From Schmidtea polychroa (Eukaryota): a DNA stretch of 64,000 nucleotides. The stretch's first letter is position 1. Each line of letters starts with the position of its first letter. The translations under genes and the position numbers were made by a program. The stretch covers positions 234,050,001 to 234,114,000 of the forward strand of contig CM097885.1 of the NCBI GenBank assembly GCA_044892525.1. Direction: 5' to 3'. The notes under the pieces were generated by a model that searched no databases, was not told the DNA's origin, and saw nothing but the letters and a program-made list of their open reading frames with translations. Positions 1-13,398 of the stretch are shown in pieces.

Positions 1-1950
1 GAAGATTTAAAGAAGCAAAACGGAGCTATTAAATTATGTGAAAGCAACACTAAAATAAGACGTGCTTATGGAAATGACATAAACTACATTGGAAAAGTAC
101 AGCTAAGAGTTGCAATATGAACTGTTAAATCATGTATTTGATATTGTGCCAAATATTTCCCAGCATTTATATATTGGTATTAGAAGAATGAAATAAAAGT
201 GAAAAGATCGGAAGACTGTATTGAAATCCAAGGAATCAAAGTCCCATTTTTGTAAAACTGTATTACTTGCTTTTTTAAAGTAATAATACCTACCTTGTTA
301 GTGAGTTCGTAATTTATCTTATAATAAGTATTAGACTAATTTTGGCAATTAATATAAATATAAATAATAAGGGTGAATATTTTGTTAGGAGAATGGTGAA
401 AAATTAGTCAATGAATTTAGAAGTTTCATAGATAGTGGAGAAAAGTAATAAATGTTTGCAAGTGACATGTTAATTGGTAATTGTATAGGTATAACTGATG
501 ATGTATATAACAAGATATATCATAAGAAAAGGTTATACGTTAGTACAATTCTTAGATATGTTGAAGGTATGGTCGAAATCAAAATAGACACTAATGAAAT
601 AAAATTAGGAATTATAAAAATAAAGATGAACTAGTCTCACAAATATTAGAAAGAGACATAGAGAAACCTATAAAAAGAAAATATAAGACTAAAATTATGA
701 AAATACTAGGGATGTTTTCAGCAAGTATAAAATGTATATTGGAGTGTCAGATGTGATTAACCCTAACCAACTTAGTTATTTTAAATAGAATTATTAATTA
801 AAAATTCAATAATGTCTGTGAATTATTAAAAATGTTGGCAGCAACTAATGTGAATTAATGTTAGGTGTGTTGTTAACAGTTAGTAATGCGGAATACGCAT
901 AAAAGTCGTGTTAGATTACAGATCCAGAAGACCACGAATATACAGAAATGGGAAGTATCTAATCGTAAAAAAAAGAATTATAAATATTTCTGGGATTCTG
1001 TATTTATTACAGAAAGTTTATTCATTATTACACAACATCAAAGAACTGAAAAATAAATAAGCGAACTCCTTAGTCTTGATTTGACCGGTTAATGAATGCA
1101 GATACATTTCTGACAGTCACTTCTCATAACAGCGTTGGTGTTGTATTATCTCAAGAACAAAATGAAATATAAAGGGTTAATGTATATTCATCGTAAACAA
1201 TGACCAGACGTCAAAGATTACATACTGAAATTCGTACTGAAATTCAACCATTACTTATTAGGTACCAATTTTCTAGTTAGAACTGAAGTTACTGCATAAA
1301 TGGGATAATCCAAATACATCTCAGTAAAATATTTCGAGAGCAGATTTAGAGATGTTTTATATGGTCGTTGAATTTTGGAAAAAAGAGAACATAAATGTCG
1401 ATGCAATATCAAGGATGTCCACACGCGAGTAATATTTAGTAAAACAGAATGAACACAAGAAGTGATGAAATACAAAATTGTATGAATGCAATTCATTAGA
1501 AAATATTTCAACAACTTTTGTCAGGATTCAGAACAAGCATTATGCCAAATAGCCTATATAGTAGAGGAATGGGAGCAACACCAAGACCGTAATTTGAATA
1601 ATAGACATGTAAGAACTAAATTTATAAATTAATAATACCAAGCCACAAAAGAGAATATGTTGTAACCGTTTCACAGGGTCATGGGACACATTGGTATTGA
1701 AAAAACGTTAACGACACTGAGGCAAGAATATTACTGGCTTAATATGAGTAATACAATTATTCAGTCATTCAAAGAATGCCAAGATCATAAGTATTTAAAA
1801 GGACGTATTAAGGGACCATTGCAGAATGTAACGGCTACTACGAGTAAAGAGATTAAAAACAAATGGACGAATATGTTGAGAAGAACAGTTTGGAGAAACT
1901 TTAACCAAATAAATTTTGAAAAGCATCAATGAATGCAGAAAGATAATCAA
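1..1950 (+). mobile_element. Decayed Ty3/Gypsy pol region (RNase H and integrase zinc-binding remnants)
   Basis: Hand translation gives SHNSVGVVLSQEQ (~1120-1160) and FNHYLLGTNFLVRT (~1244-1285), both RT-RNase H motifs, then ENINVDAISR. ORF 1681-1932 GHIGIEKTLTTLRQEYYWLNM..C is an integrase HHCC-type domain. Many stops and frameshifts. Confidence 0.75.
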
Positions 1951-3265
1951 TGAATTTTATAAAAATAAAGATGACAGAAAGATAAATTCAACAGTACGTG
2001 CTAGCACTGCATCTATAAAACGTAAAGAAAGTATCTTAAGGAAAACTAGAGGAAATATCACTAAAGAATAGCGAAATAAGGACGAAATGATTAGAAGATC
2101 CTGCCAGAGAATCAAGAAATACTTGATTGTGAGAGGGAAATTAATATATTCAATATGTATTAAAAGTAGTTACCAAGTTATTTGAATATTGATTATCGAT
2201 TGGTAGTATATTCATTTAAATTTGATAAACATTAAATCGTTATTATTATTATTATTATTATTGAATTTAACGTTATTATCAAAAACACTATTGCTATTTT
2301 TTGAAATTTAAAGCATTCGGTTTTATTTATTATTGATTTTTATAAAAATACTTTTGTAATAAGAGGAAATTTGATTTATAAAATGAACGCAATTCTGTCA
2401 AAATCGATCTCTAAATCCAATAGATTACAAGCAGATTTCATATTTAATTGTAATAAAAGTAAATTATTCATTCATCCTCAACATCGATTGACTATTTTTA
2501 ATTTCATTTTTATAACTTTATAAATCAATAATGTTATTTTAATAAAAATCAATAACTATAATTTTAAAATAATAATAGAATTTGATTGGGTAGCAACAGA
2601 ATTTATTCAATTAGAACAGGGGTGCACAACCTTTTTTGCCTAAGGATCGAATTTTATTTTTTAGAACAGTCAAGGGCCGGAGACAAAAAAAGTTGTCTAA
2701 TTCTAATGTTAATCTAATGAGATGACTGTGACTGGATTCTCTTAACGATTTTATCAATGTTTGGTTGTAATTCAGTTGTTGCAATCTTCAAAATAGAGTT
2801 GAGGTTGCTATCAGTGAGGTTTGATCTCAGCTTATTTTTATTGATGTTCACGATTGAGAATGTTTGCTTACATATGTAGGTACATCCAAACTGTGAAAAC
2901 AACTTTAAAGCCATGCCCTTAATTTTGCCATTTTTGTCTGGACAAAGATTCCTAAAAAATTTCAAAATGCTATTTTCTTTAAAAGCTATTTTCAGTTCAG
3001 CTGAACTCTGAAGATCGATGACCTCTAATTGAAACTCATCAGGAACAGATTCTATCGTACAGTGAAAAGAATTGCGCATGAGATTGATTAAATTGTTCTT
3101 TTCTCTGATGTCTTGAAAGCGTTTTATGAATTCCCGAATCAAAGTTCCACAGGCTTCATGGCATCGTGAAAAGAAACACTGATACTCCATCTCGAAAAGT
3201 AATCAAGTCTCAAAATGGAAAAGATTGCCATACTGCAGAAGTAACTGAAAGAGTTACAGTTTTAA

Positions 3266-3487
3266 CCCTTTTACCACTAAAACCGTCTACAGACGGTCAT
3301 CATAAAAACCCCATTCGATTCAAATCAAAATATTTTCGCGTTCCAATCAACAAGACCGTTTTTCGTCTATAAAACTCCCCACCATAACTTTGTAGGTTTC
3401 AACACGATCAAACACATAGTTTGCTTGTAACGGTCAGTTTCGTTGAGAACTTCGGTTCCTCGTAATTCTATTTCAGTGGTTTAAGGG
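3266..3487. mobile_element. piggyBac-type MITE nested in the hAT element
   Basis: TTAA at 3262-3265 and 3488-3491. Ends CCCTTTTACCACTAAAA and (reverse complement) CCCTTAAACCACTGAAA. Confidence 0.8.
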
Positions 3488-3605
3488 TTAATTGAAAAGC
3501 TTGCAACTTTTGAAACATGTCAAAGATAAAGTGAAAAAACATTACAATTTAGGTGATTTAAACCAACAAAATAATTCAATTAATAACTTATAAACAAAAA
3601 AAGAT

Positions 3606-4383
3606 GGGATAATGGAAAAAATAACACCCAATTTTTCAAAAATGGAAAAATTACATCCAAAAATTTTTTATTGCCAAAATGACATCCGTTTTTTTAAAAG
3701 TGGAAAAAATAACATCGAAAATTTTTTCAATAACATCTTAAAAATGGAGCTTGTAAATTATCAGCTTGTAAAGATTTTGTTGATAACGGAATTATACTTT
3801 CAGAATACAATCTGGAATAATGATAAGATGTAAAATACGCTTCAATAAATAGCACAAGGTCTTGTCTTAGGAAGAGCATAACTGCTTAGATGCGCAAGTA
3901 TGATATGGCTCAGCTTTAGACACAATACATACATTTCTTTTCATGCTAAAGTAGGCATTGACTGTAAACGTACAAGCAATATCTTTACAAACACCTTTAG
4001 TGTTTCTTCTTTTAATTTTGAATGAAACTTGCTTCGTAGCAGCTGACTTTGAGAATGATTCAATAAATTCCTGTATTGATTTAAAATCACTATTTATACT
4101 GAATTCCTTTTTAAGAGAGTCGCCAGTTATCGCTTGAATTTGCAATTCGTTTTGTAGCATTTAACCGTAAATAGTGTCAATTTTTTTAAACAAAACTCCA
4201 AATATTTTTAATTTAACATATTCTTAATTATTAAAAAATAAACTTCATTGCTATTTTTCAAGAAAAAATTTCGATGTTATTTTTCCCATTATTTGAAAAT
4301 GGATGTCATTTTGGCAATTAAAAACTTTTGGATGTCATTTTTTCCATTTTTGAAAAATTGGGTTTTATTTTTTCCATTTTCCC
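3606..4383 (-). mobile_element. Non-autonomous Mutator-like element (MULE) nested in the hAT element
   Basis: ~125-bp TIRs starting GGGA(T/A)AATGGAAAAAATAA. 9-bp TSD AAAAAAGAT/AAAAATGAT (8/9 match). Internal ORF 3867-4160 carries C-x4-C-x-F...HTC, resembling a MuDR N-terminal zinc-binding DNA-binding domain. Confidence 0.8.
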
Positions 4384-4639
4384 AAAAATGATATATTAAC
4401 ACATAAGAATCATTATAATAATAATCGAATATTAATAAAGTTTTAACTATTTTTATAGTGTAATGAAGTTTAAATTCTTTCATAAAATTGCCGTAATTCA
4501 CGTGAAGTTTTTTAACTTGCCACGAGGGCCGCATCCGACCCGCAAGTTGTGCATCCCTGAATTAGAATGTGCTTGTTAAAGAAATAAAGTTTAAAAGTTT
4601 CTGGTTTGTATTAAAAACAATACTTAAACAAATTGATAC

Positions 4640-7197
4640 CTTAAATCCCTTTTTATGCAATAAAGCCGGTAATTCACTGCGAAATTCTCTCATATCAACT
4701 ATAACATTTGCTACAATGTTGTCAGAACCTCCAATCCGACTCGATGTTCCATAAATAGATTTTTGGACATCATAACACATTTCTGGTAAAATTAAATTAG
4801 CTTTGGATTTGATTAAATACTCAAATGATTCTTTTTCCTATAAGAAAATAGCTCAAATAAATGTTGTACGAATCCTTATACTTTTCTTAATGTCGTTAAA
4901 TACTTCTGTTCTTCAATTGAATTTGAATACATCATGAAATAAATACTAATAATATCTGGTTTATCAGAACACATCAATTCTGCTTGATAATTTTCAATTT
5001 CTCGAACTTCACTCATACGAGAATCAAATAAAATGATGCGACGTGGATCATATTTGCGAATTAGACAATGAAGTTTAAAATTTGGAGATGAAATGTACTT
5101 TTCACTACTCCCTTCAGATGTATAATGAATAATGATATTGGACTGTTCAACAATATAACAATTATTCTCTATCAATATTCCTCGAAATTCGTCCACCTCT
5201 TCTGGGAGTACAGACGAAGTCTAAATTAAAATTAAATTTACAGAAAATTTTGTTGCAAATTTTAATATAATCTAATTCCAACAACAAAGCTTAACAATTA
5301 ACGCTCTATTATTATTTCTTTCTTTACCATCTGACCTACCTCAAGGCTGGGTTTTATGGAAATATTTCATAGTAAGGAAATAAGATTTTAAGAAAAGTAA
5401 GGAACATGTGTGGATCAAGAACTTCTTTGTGAACTCAATCAAAACCTTGGGTTATACGGAACTGACAGCTATGTAACTCAGAATGACCCCTTGGAACTTC
5501 CGCTGTTGGTAAGGTAACGGTTCCCTACTATATCGGACAAACCTGCGTAAATAGATGAATTCTTTTAATATAGCGTAACACTAATTTTTCAGGTTAAAAT
5601 ACATATGACCTGCCAAAATACCCAATGAAACCGCGATACCAGGGTGATCGGTCACATAGCACGTAATCTGTTCACAGGTGACAGTATATTTTCTGAGGTT
5701 TTTGTGGAAAAGAAATGTTTAACTTTATTATTATTAGTCGAATTGTTATTTTAATTACTTTGCTTGCATCACTTTGATCAAAACGGCTTAAAAATTTATA
5801 TAGTGCCTATTGTGTTGTATTTGAACTGTTTGAACACTTGTAACGTCATTCCCATAAACCATAAAAATCTCATTTACTGTGTCACTAGCACTAAAACCTT
5901 TTTAAAACAATGCAGCATCACATGTCTTAAATGTTTTCTTTGATTTTCCATCGTTCAATAATAAAAAAGGGCTTTACTATTATTTATTTGATTTACACTA
6001 TTTGATAGCTAAAGGCTGACTGAATACAATGATAATAACATTGAACTTAGAACATCACAGGTTCATACAGGTTCGTGCATGCAAATTTCTTTGTGCGCAT
6101 TTGCGAAAGAGACTTATGGGACAACCTAATATTTACTTCAAGACGTTATGTTTTATGTATTATTACTATTAATATTGTGGAAGCAGCTGTAAGGCTCAAA
6201 AGAGCCACCCAATAAATATTGTGAGGACAGTTGAAGTGAATGCTATTTGTTACAAATAATTATAAAATAACAAATATGAATATGATTTAACGACTTTTAT
6301 TAATTTACAAGGAAAAAATAGAACGCACTTTTCAGTTTCCGGAACAAAATGATGAATAATTATTTTGACTCAGAGCTTCTTCTCTTTTGTAAATTTAAAA
6401 TCGGTTGATTCGGAAATATTGTTGACAATTTGAAATTTCAAAGTTTATTTAATTGCAGTTTAATTATTAATTTAATGATGTTTTTGTAGTAATAATTTAC
6501 TATAGAGAATTAAACTATATAGTTTTTTATTTAAAAAATAACAATAATAATAATAAAATTTGGCGGGGGGGGGTAATCAAATCATTACAGTGGCTAAAGA
6601 CAAAGAGTGTTTCTAATCCCAGCAGTATTTGCAAATCTACTTATATCTGGTAGGTACCTACGAGCAGGAATTTTGACATCTGTGTTAGTAAAGTTATTTA
6701 GAGTTTAAGGAATTATTATGATAAGGAGATCGGAAATTGGTTAATGAATTGTCGGTCAAGAAACCGCAGTGATGCCAGTGAAGAAGTCATCAATAATGCT
6801 CAACTATTTCAATACGAAATTCACAAGCTCCTTCATAAGTTTTAAATTAATGATGTTGTGATGTAATTTTATTGGGATAGTTGATTTCCCTATCTTCTAT
6901 ATTATGGTATGTTAACCGTTAAAATTAGTGATCTATGAATGCCTGCATGTTTGATTGATTGTCTAGTCTTCAGGTTTTATCATTTTATTCTTTATCCCAG
7001 TGATGCATGTGCTGCAGATACATATATAGTATGTATAATGTCTGGTTTTCATAAATAAACTTTTAGATATTGTTAATTAATCTTATTACAAACAGTATTC
7101 TGATGATAATGACAATTATTTAACAATCTTTCATTTAAATTTGTTCTATTAATTTTAATTAGTTCCCTTTTTAGAAGAATTATTTCACTTCTGCCTA

Positions 7198-7256
<59 letters not shown>

Positions 7257-9687
7257 TCCCAACTTTTTTACGTGGTTTTTTACACGATTTTGAAATAACA
7301 CGGTCCACAAAAAAGGAACAAATCTTCTTTTTTTGCACGAAATATTCGGTTTAACATTATTTCCAAAAGAATATTTCTTTTTAAATTTTTATGTCAAAAT
7401 TCAAATACATATCGGGGAATACCCAAATTTTATTATATGTACATATGTAATCAAGAAACTGAATTTTATGTTTTAATTTTGTTTTTTGACAAATATTTTT
7501 TTAGAAAATTTTACTTATATAAGGAAGTTTTAATAAACTGGTAATTTCCTATAAAAATTATTATTTTTAAGTTTTACTTACATAAGGAAATTTTAATAAA
7601 CTGGTAATGTTATTTTTTTAGATTTAAAAATTTTTTATTAAGTGTTTTTATTTTAATTTTTATTATAGTCGATTAATAAGATGCCTAAACCAACGAAAAA
7701 TAATCGGAAGCGACAAGCGATTTCTTTGGAAACTAAAATAAAAATCTTAGACAGTCTTGAGAGAGGCGTAGGTCCCACATCTGTTGGCAAAGATTTTAGT
7801 TTAAGTGAAGCGACTATCAGAACCATAAAAAAGTGAGGATTTCATTCGACGATCAGTAATTTCTGGATCGAACATCAGTTCAAAAGCATCGTCATATAGC
7901 CGAAATATTATCTCGGAGAAAATGAAAAAAAGTTTATTGGTTTGGATAGAGGATTTGTTGCAGAAAAAAATACCTATAGATGGAAAAATTATAAAGGAAA
8001 AGGCCCTTAGAATATACAAACGACTTCGGGAATTGGAGCCACCAACAAGTGTCAATGCAATGAAGATAATGACATTTTATGCAAGTGAAGTATGGCTGAC
8101 AGGATTCCTAAAAAGGCAAGTATTTGATAATGTAAAAATAAAAGTAGAAGTAGCATCAGCAGATGAAAATGCTGCAAAGAGTTTTCCAGAAAAATTCATA
8201 AAAATAATTGAACACGGTGGCTATACGCCAGACCAGGTATTTAATGCCGATGAGACGGGATTATTCTGGAAAAAAATGCCCTCCAGTACCTACATTGCTA
8301 AATCAGAAAAATCTGCTGGTGGTTTCAAAGCCGCTAAGGATCGAGTAACGTTTTTATTGTGTAGTAACGCATCTGGAGATAAGATTTTAAAGCCACTGGT
8401 AATCAACAGGTCATTAATGCCACGAGCTTTGAAAAGCAAGAATATTAAACAGCTGCTAGTCCATTGGATGGCTAATAGAAAAGCATGGATGACAGGAGAA
8501 TTCTTTACAAAATGGTTCCAAGAATGCTTCGTTCCTGAAGTTCAAAAATATATGGAACAAAAGAGTCTTCAATTCAAAGTACTCTTACTCGTCGATAATG
8601 CACCCAGCCATCCTGTACTACACCATCCAAATATTGAGTTGGTATTTTTGCCGCCTAAAATCACTTCTTTGATCCAACCATTGGATCAGGGTATAATAGC
8701 AACCTTTAAAGTCTATTACATAAAACAAGCATTTAAATATATTTTGGATTCAATCGAAGACAGAAATTTGACGGTTGTCGGAGCATGGAAAAGTTATACG
8801 ATTATGGATTGTATTACACATGCTTCTTTTGCCATAAAACAACTGCGGACTTCTACCTTAAATGCTTGTTGGAAGAAAATATGGCCAGCATGTGTTAAAA
8901 TTAGTAACTCTGTAATACAAAATGCAGTTGTGTGTTCTGAAATTGTAACGCCTTCACACGAAATTTGTAGTGAGGGCTTTGAAAATATGCAAGTTGCGGA
9001 TATAGAGGAGTTGATGCTTGAAAAACCTTTAGATGATGAGGACTTGATTGAAACTATAACAGTTAATGGTATTAATGAGAACCATAGTGACGAAGACGAA
9101 GGTGAAATGCATCAACTAACTTCTGATTTAATTCGCGATGGCTTAAAATTTGGTACCAGTATGGAACAATTTTTTCTCACTCATGATCCTAACGTGGAAC
9201 GTGCATTAAAATTCCAACGGAAATTACAGGTTTGTATGTCTGGCTATCAAAAATATTATAAGGAAGTTAAAAAAGCAAAATCCCAGCAGCTTATAACAGA
9301 TTTTATCATAAGAAAACCAATATCAGATTTGATAGACCTAAGTGAGTAAAGCAATTTTAGCCAGTCTATAATAAACGTGCACGCTTATTATAAAGTAGTG
9401 ATAATAAATATTAGTTGCTAAATAGGACTTATATTTCCAATTTGAATTTAATTTATATGTATTTATGAACTAAAATTTTATTTGTTTTTTACTTATGGAC
9501 TAAAATTACTATTATTATCTATTTTTAATAAAAACATGTATGGATTATATTTTCTAAAACTTATATAATATGGTTTCAAGATTTACTATTTTTTGCACGG
9601 TTTTCTATAATTGTAATTTTACTATGGTTAACATGTCTTTTTTTACACGATTTTCGTTCGAACGTATCTAAGTGTAAAAAAAGAGTT

Positions 9688-9727
<40 letters not shown>

Positions 9728-12300
9728 CGTAATTTTCATAACTTATTCAAATATAGATAATACTTCCTGCAGCCTCAGTCAAAAATATTGTAAAAACATC
9801 GCTATCACGAATCATGTTCCTGGATATGAACTCGTGTAGATACAAAAGAAAGCACGGCTTGTTTTAATTTTTTGATAATTAAGAAAAACTGACTCTTCTT
9901 TTCTGACTTCTATTTCATTTTCTTTTCATTTGGATGATACTTTTATTTTCTGTCAAATAGCCTCCTGAATTACCAAGAGTATTTGTACATTTATTTTCTT
10001 GTATCAATCGGATATGAAACATTGATTATTGTATTTTAATTAAGTAATTCCAACTTTAAAATTGTATAATTCAATTAATTAATTTGTATGATTTATTACT
10101 ATTTTATATATGTATACATTAACTGTAGCAATTTTCACCAACTTCCAATTTTATGTCATTTTATTTTATCATTATTTATTTTCAATTTGATAACTCAAAA
10201 AAGATTTTTAAAATCAAATTCTATGAAAATAGTTTAAGATATAAATTACCGGTTTAAGAATTTTTGTCTTTGTAACTTTACCAGTTTTGATATTCAAATG
10301 CTTTCGCAAACTCTCATTTAAAACATTTTTGGCTCCAGTAATTGTTAGTTTCGCCAACAATAAGGCTGTGACTTCTTTCCCCACAATAACTAGAATCTTC
10401 CTAGCATCTTCTGTAGGTTGCTTATTTTTTATTCGTTTTAGTATATCAGTGAATGCATTCCATTTTGGAGGTATTTCTATATTTACTAAAATAAATATAT
10501 TTTAAGGAAATTTTCCAATATTTTCCAAAGTTATTGATGATTTAGGTTACAATTATAATCAAAAATTAATATAAAATATTTTATCCAACTTAGAAAAAGT
10601 AATCAATAACAAGAACTCAATAATATATATTATAACTTTATTATAACAATATTATAAATGAATCAGTTATAAAAATAGTATTGATAGATAAATTGATTCA
10701 TAAATTATCAAATAAATTAAAACGACTAAAGGGAAAATAATGAAACATAAAAACAAGAAGTATCAAGGTTATCAAAGGATCGAAAAAGTAAACGAGATGA
10801 GCTTGAGAATGAAAATCAAATTGGAATAATACATTTATTTCTTTTCACTTCATTTTCTTTTGACTGCATTGTAATATTGTTTCATTTTTGCCCTATTTTT
10901 GTCGCTCCCACTTTTTGAATTTTTATTATTTTATTTTATCTGACAGACTACCCATTAATTATAATGCAAAAAGAAAAATCAAGTTTATATAAAGTAGATT
11001 AAAAAAGTTTGGGATTTAAATTTAGATAGAAAATGAAAGATTTATGAAAATGCGAGAAAATCTGAATAAAATAATTTTTATGATTCCTCTTTTATCAGGT
11101 TAATAACTATTAGTTCTGTTGAATGTTAAAATTATTTTGTTGTAATTTAAGCAAAGTCGTCAATTCGATTTGATACATGTTAGAATAATTAAATTAAATA
11201 TTTCAATTTTTGAATAAAAATTATTACATTCACTCGCAGTCGTTATTTTTCGCCAATCAACATCGGCATTCTTAAATAAACGAAGCTTCGCACTTTTGAA
11301 TAGAATATTTGCCGCTCGCAAAGTTATCCAATTGCTTTTCCCAGATAATGCATTTGACTTCATTGAATCTAGTACAATAAAAAAGCTAACAGGATCTTGT
11401 TCAATTAAAATATGCGTCAAACGACGCATATCTTTAATTTCATGTATTAATTGGCGACTCTGTCGACTTATTTGGCTCCAAATTGGTTCAAAGTAAATCC
11501 TCAACTATCGTCATTTTTGACATTAAAATAAAAATCCTAATTACCGTTCGATCAAATAAATTTGTTATTGCATTTTCCACTGTTAATTCATCACTATCAA
11601 TAAATGAATTAATAATTTTTAATTCATTTAACAATTCCTTGATAATATCGAGAAGAGAAATTTGGCAAGATGTGCTGTTTTGTGTAATTTCAACCATAAT
11701 TTCATGGATATTTGGCTTACAATTGTTAAGAGTTGTAACAACACTTAAGCTGAACCTAGGCCATAAATATACTTCTCTAGTGTGTAAATTCATCATCACT
11801 CTGTCTAATGTAGAAAATCCTGCACTTAATCCAAGAGGATTATCACTAAAAGCTTTGACAAAGCCATTCGGATTGCTTTCTTTGAATAGCCTTAACGCAA
11901 AAGCCTCTTGACACGCTTCAGTCACTTTATGACCTCTAAATACCAAAATTCCCGAGACTAGAACACCAGGAATACGCGCCATTAGATAATCAACTATTAA
12001 AATTTGACTAGAGACGAAGATCAAACCCCCTCTTTTATAAATACTTTCATGAGTTTTAGTTAAACATTCAGCAGTCATATGAATTGGATCGTGAGAAACA
12101 CTATCCTGTTTTAATTTGTCTATATAATACTTTGACTCTTCCATAGAAGCATTTATCACTAAAACTAGTACATCCTCAATACAGTATAGTTTAAGAAAAC
12201 TATAAATTATTTTTTCAATTCCCATCCCTTTTCCAGATACCAGAAATGTGCTACCATTATACATATCAATGATCATTTCATTTTCATAATCTAACAGCAT
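4640..12300 (-). CDS. ERCC4: DNA repair endonuclease XPF, 5' five exons (gene continues left of the window)
   Basis: Exons 12300-11545, 11504-11234 (or 11228), 10485-10250, 5220-4882 and 4837-4640 join in frame with GT-AG introns. Motifs: KAFSDNP, VYLWPRF, PPKWNAF, YSNSIEEQKYLTTLRKEKESFEYLIKSK, and the nuclease-domain start VIVDMREFRSELPALLHKKG. Extra small exons in 5221-10249 cannot be excluded. Confidence 0.95.
7256..9690 (+). mobile_element. Tigger/pogo DNA transposon inserted in a (TA)n tract within an XPF intron
   Basis: Imperfect TIRs (CTCCCAACTTTTTTACG vs reverse complement TCCAACTCTTTTTTTACA). (TA)n on both sides (7203-7255, 9691-9725). Internal DDE_1 transposase. Confidence 0.9.
7681..9349 (+). 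pseudogene. Tigger/pogo (TIGD1-like) transposase with a single frameshift
   Basis: ATG at 7681 gives MPKPTKNNRKRQAISLETKIKIL..(HTH-psq) to a stop at 7834. The next frame from 7835 (EDFIRRSV...) runs into ORF 7922-9349 with VFNADETGLFWK, LLVDNAPSH and LIQPLDQGII. Confidence 0.9.
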
Positions 12301-12658
12301 CTTATTGAATTATAATTAATAATAATTCGTATAATATAAATGATTCACAATAAATAGTTAAATTCAATTGAAAATAAATAATTAACAATTGCCTTTAAAA
12401 ATATGAATATTTAAACAATTATGTAAAACTTAAGTAGTTTCATTTATGCTAAAAGTAATTTTGTCGTTTTTTATTTTAAATACTTTTTATAATTGGTTTT
12501 TTATGAATTTGGTGAATTTTGAAAAGTAGAATTTTGAATCTTTTGATAGTTGATTTGCAATTTCATAGTTAATATTTTTTCATTTCTGTTAAAAAGAATA
12601 ATATGTTAAAAATGACTAAGTCTTTAAATAAGTCTATTCTGCTATAGTGATTTCCTTA

Positions 12659-13390
12659 TGTTGGGTTGTGGTCGTTGATATCGGCAACTTTGTCTGTCAG
12701 AGTAGAGCAAACTCTTCCTTTCTGTTGCCATAATCTAGTTGTCGTTCTTTTCAAATCTCAATCAAAATCATGATGAAACCAAGCTGCACCCATCATAAAT
12801 GACATTGGTTGCGTGCAATTTGGGTGAAACACGAAAATAAGGGTGAGAACCCCCTGGGTCTGCTAAATTTTTGGATTCACTGAGTCCATAGTGTTGTTGG
12901 GTTACCAACTAGGTCAACATTTCATTATCATCGACTAGGGGATGAAGGTTAATTATCATATCATCCGGAAATGAAACGCAGCACTTCTCGTTGGCCGCTA
13001 GTCAGACCCTCATGATCGTTCTTACGTCATGACACCCAAGACCTGAACCATGTTGGTGATGTGCATGGCGGTGGAGCGTAGTGGAGCAGGTGAGCCCCTG
13101 CATTAAGACTACTTCTTGACTACATTTCAACTTCTCTATTTCCCTGACGGTCGATAGGTTTTACGTCACCTGCGTTGAATTTCAGCGAAATCTATTAATT
13201 TATTCTCCTGGAAATCATCGTTATCAAAATGTCACATACTAAAATGAATAACTCCATCAACAAAACCAAAGTTATAATTAAGTACACAAGATTTAAAACT
13301 TGTCAGTGATGACTACACATAAACATGGATCTCAGACAACACACAGCGTCAAAGATGTGTTTCACAGACTAGACATGCATGATCGTGAGT
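12659..13390 (-). repeat. LTR-like repeat, family A (diverged copy)
   Basis: Shares the GCTCAC-N31/32-ACCAAC core and AACTTTGGTT(T/A)TGTT with the 19630-20444 copy. Ends in ...CCCAACA on the minus strand. Aligned by eye only. Confidence 0.55.
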
Positions 13391-13398
13391 AGGCGCAA

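Larger units (their letters stand above)
2617..4559 (-). mobile_element. Non-autonomous hAT transposon (SPIN/Charlie/GTF2IRD2-like) in an XPF intron
   Basis: TIRs CAGGGGTGCACAACC and CAGGGATGCACAACT. Perfect 8-bp TSD AATTAGAA at 2609-2616 and 4560-4567. ORF 2714-3190 is a hAT C-terminus (FGCTYICKQTFS..NKNKLRSNLTD), and coding similarity (LQAFQLKL..HF) continues across the 3266-3487 insertion. Confidence 0.92.

Noticed and set aside
1-2616. Remaining XPF nuclease exons (GDY, ERK motifs)
   Set aside because: Not found on the minus strand by eye; presumed to lie outside the window.
11296-11911. Plus-strand ORFs 11296-11496, 11483-11911, 10287-10505 and 4569-4754
   Set aside because: Antisense shadows of XPF exons.
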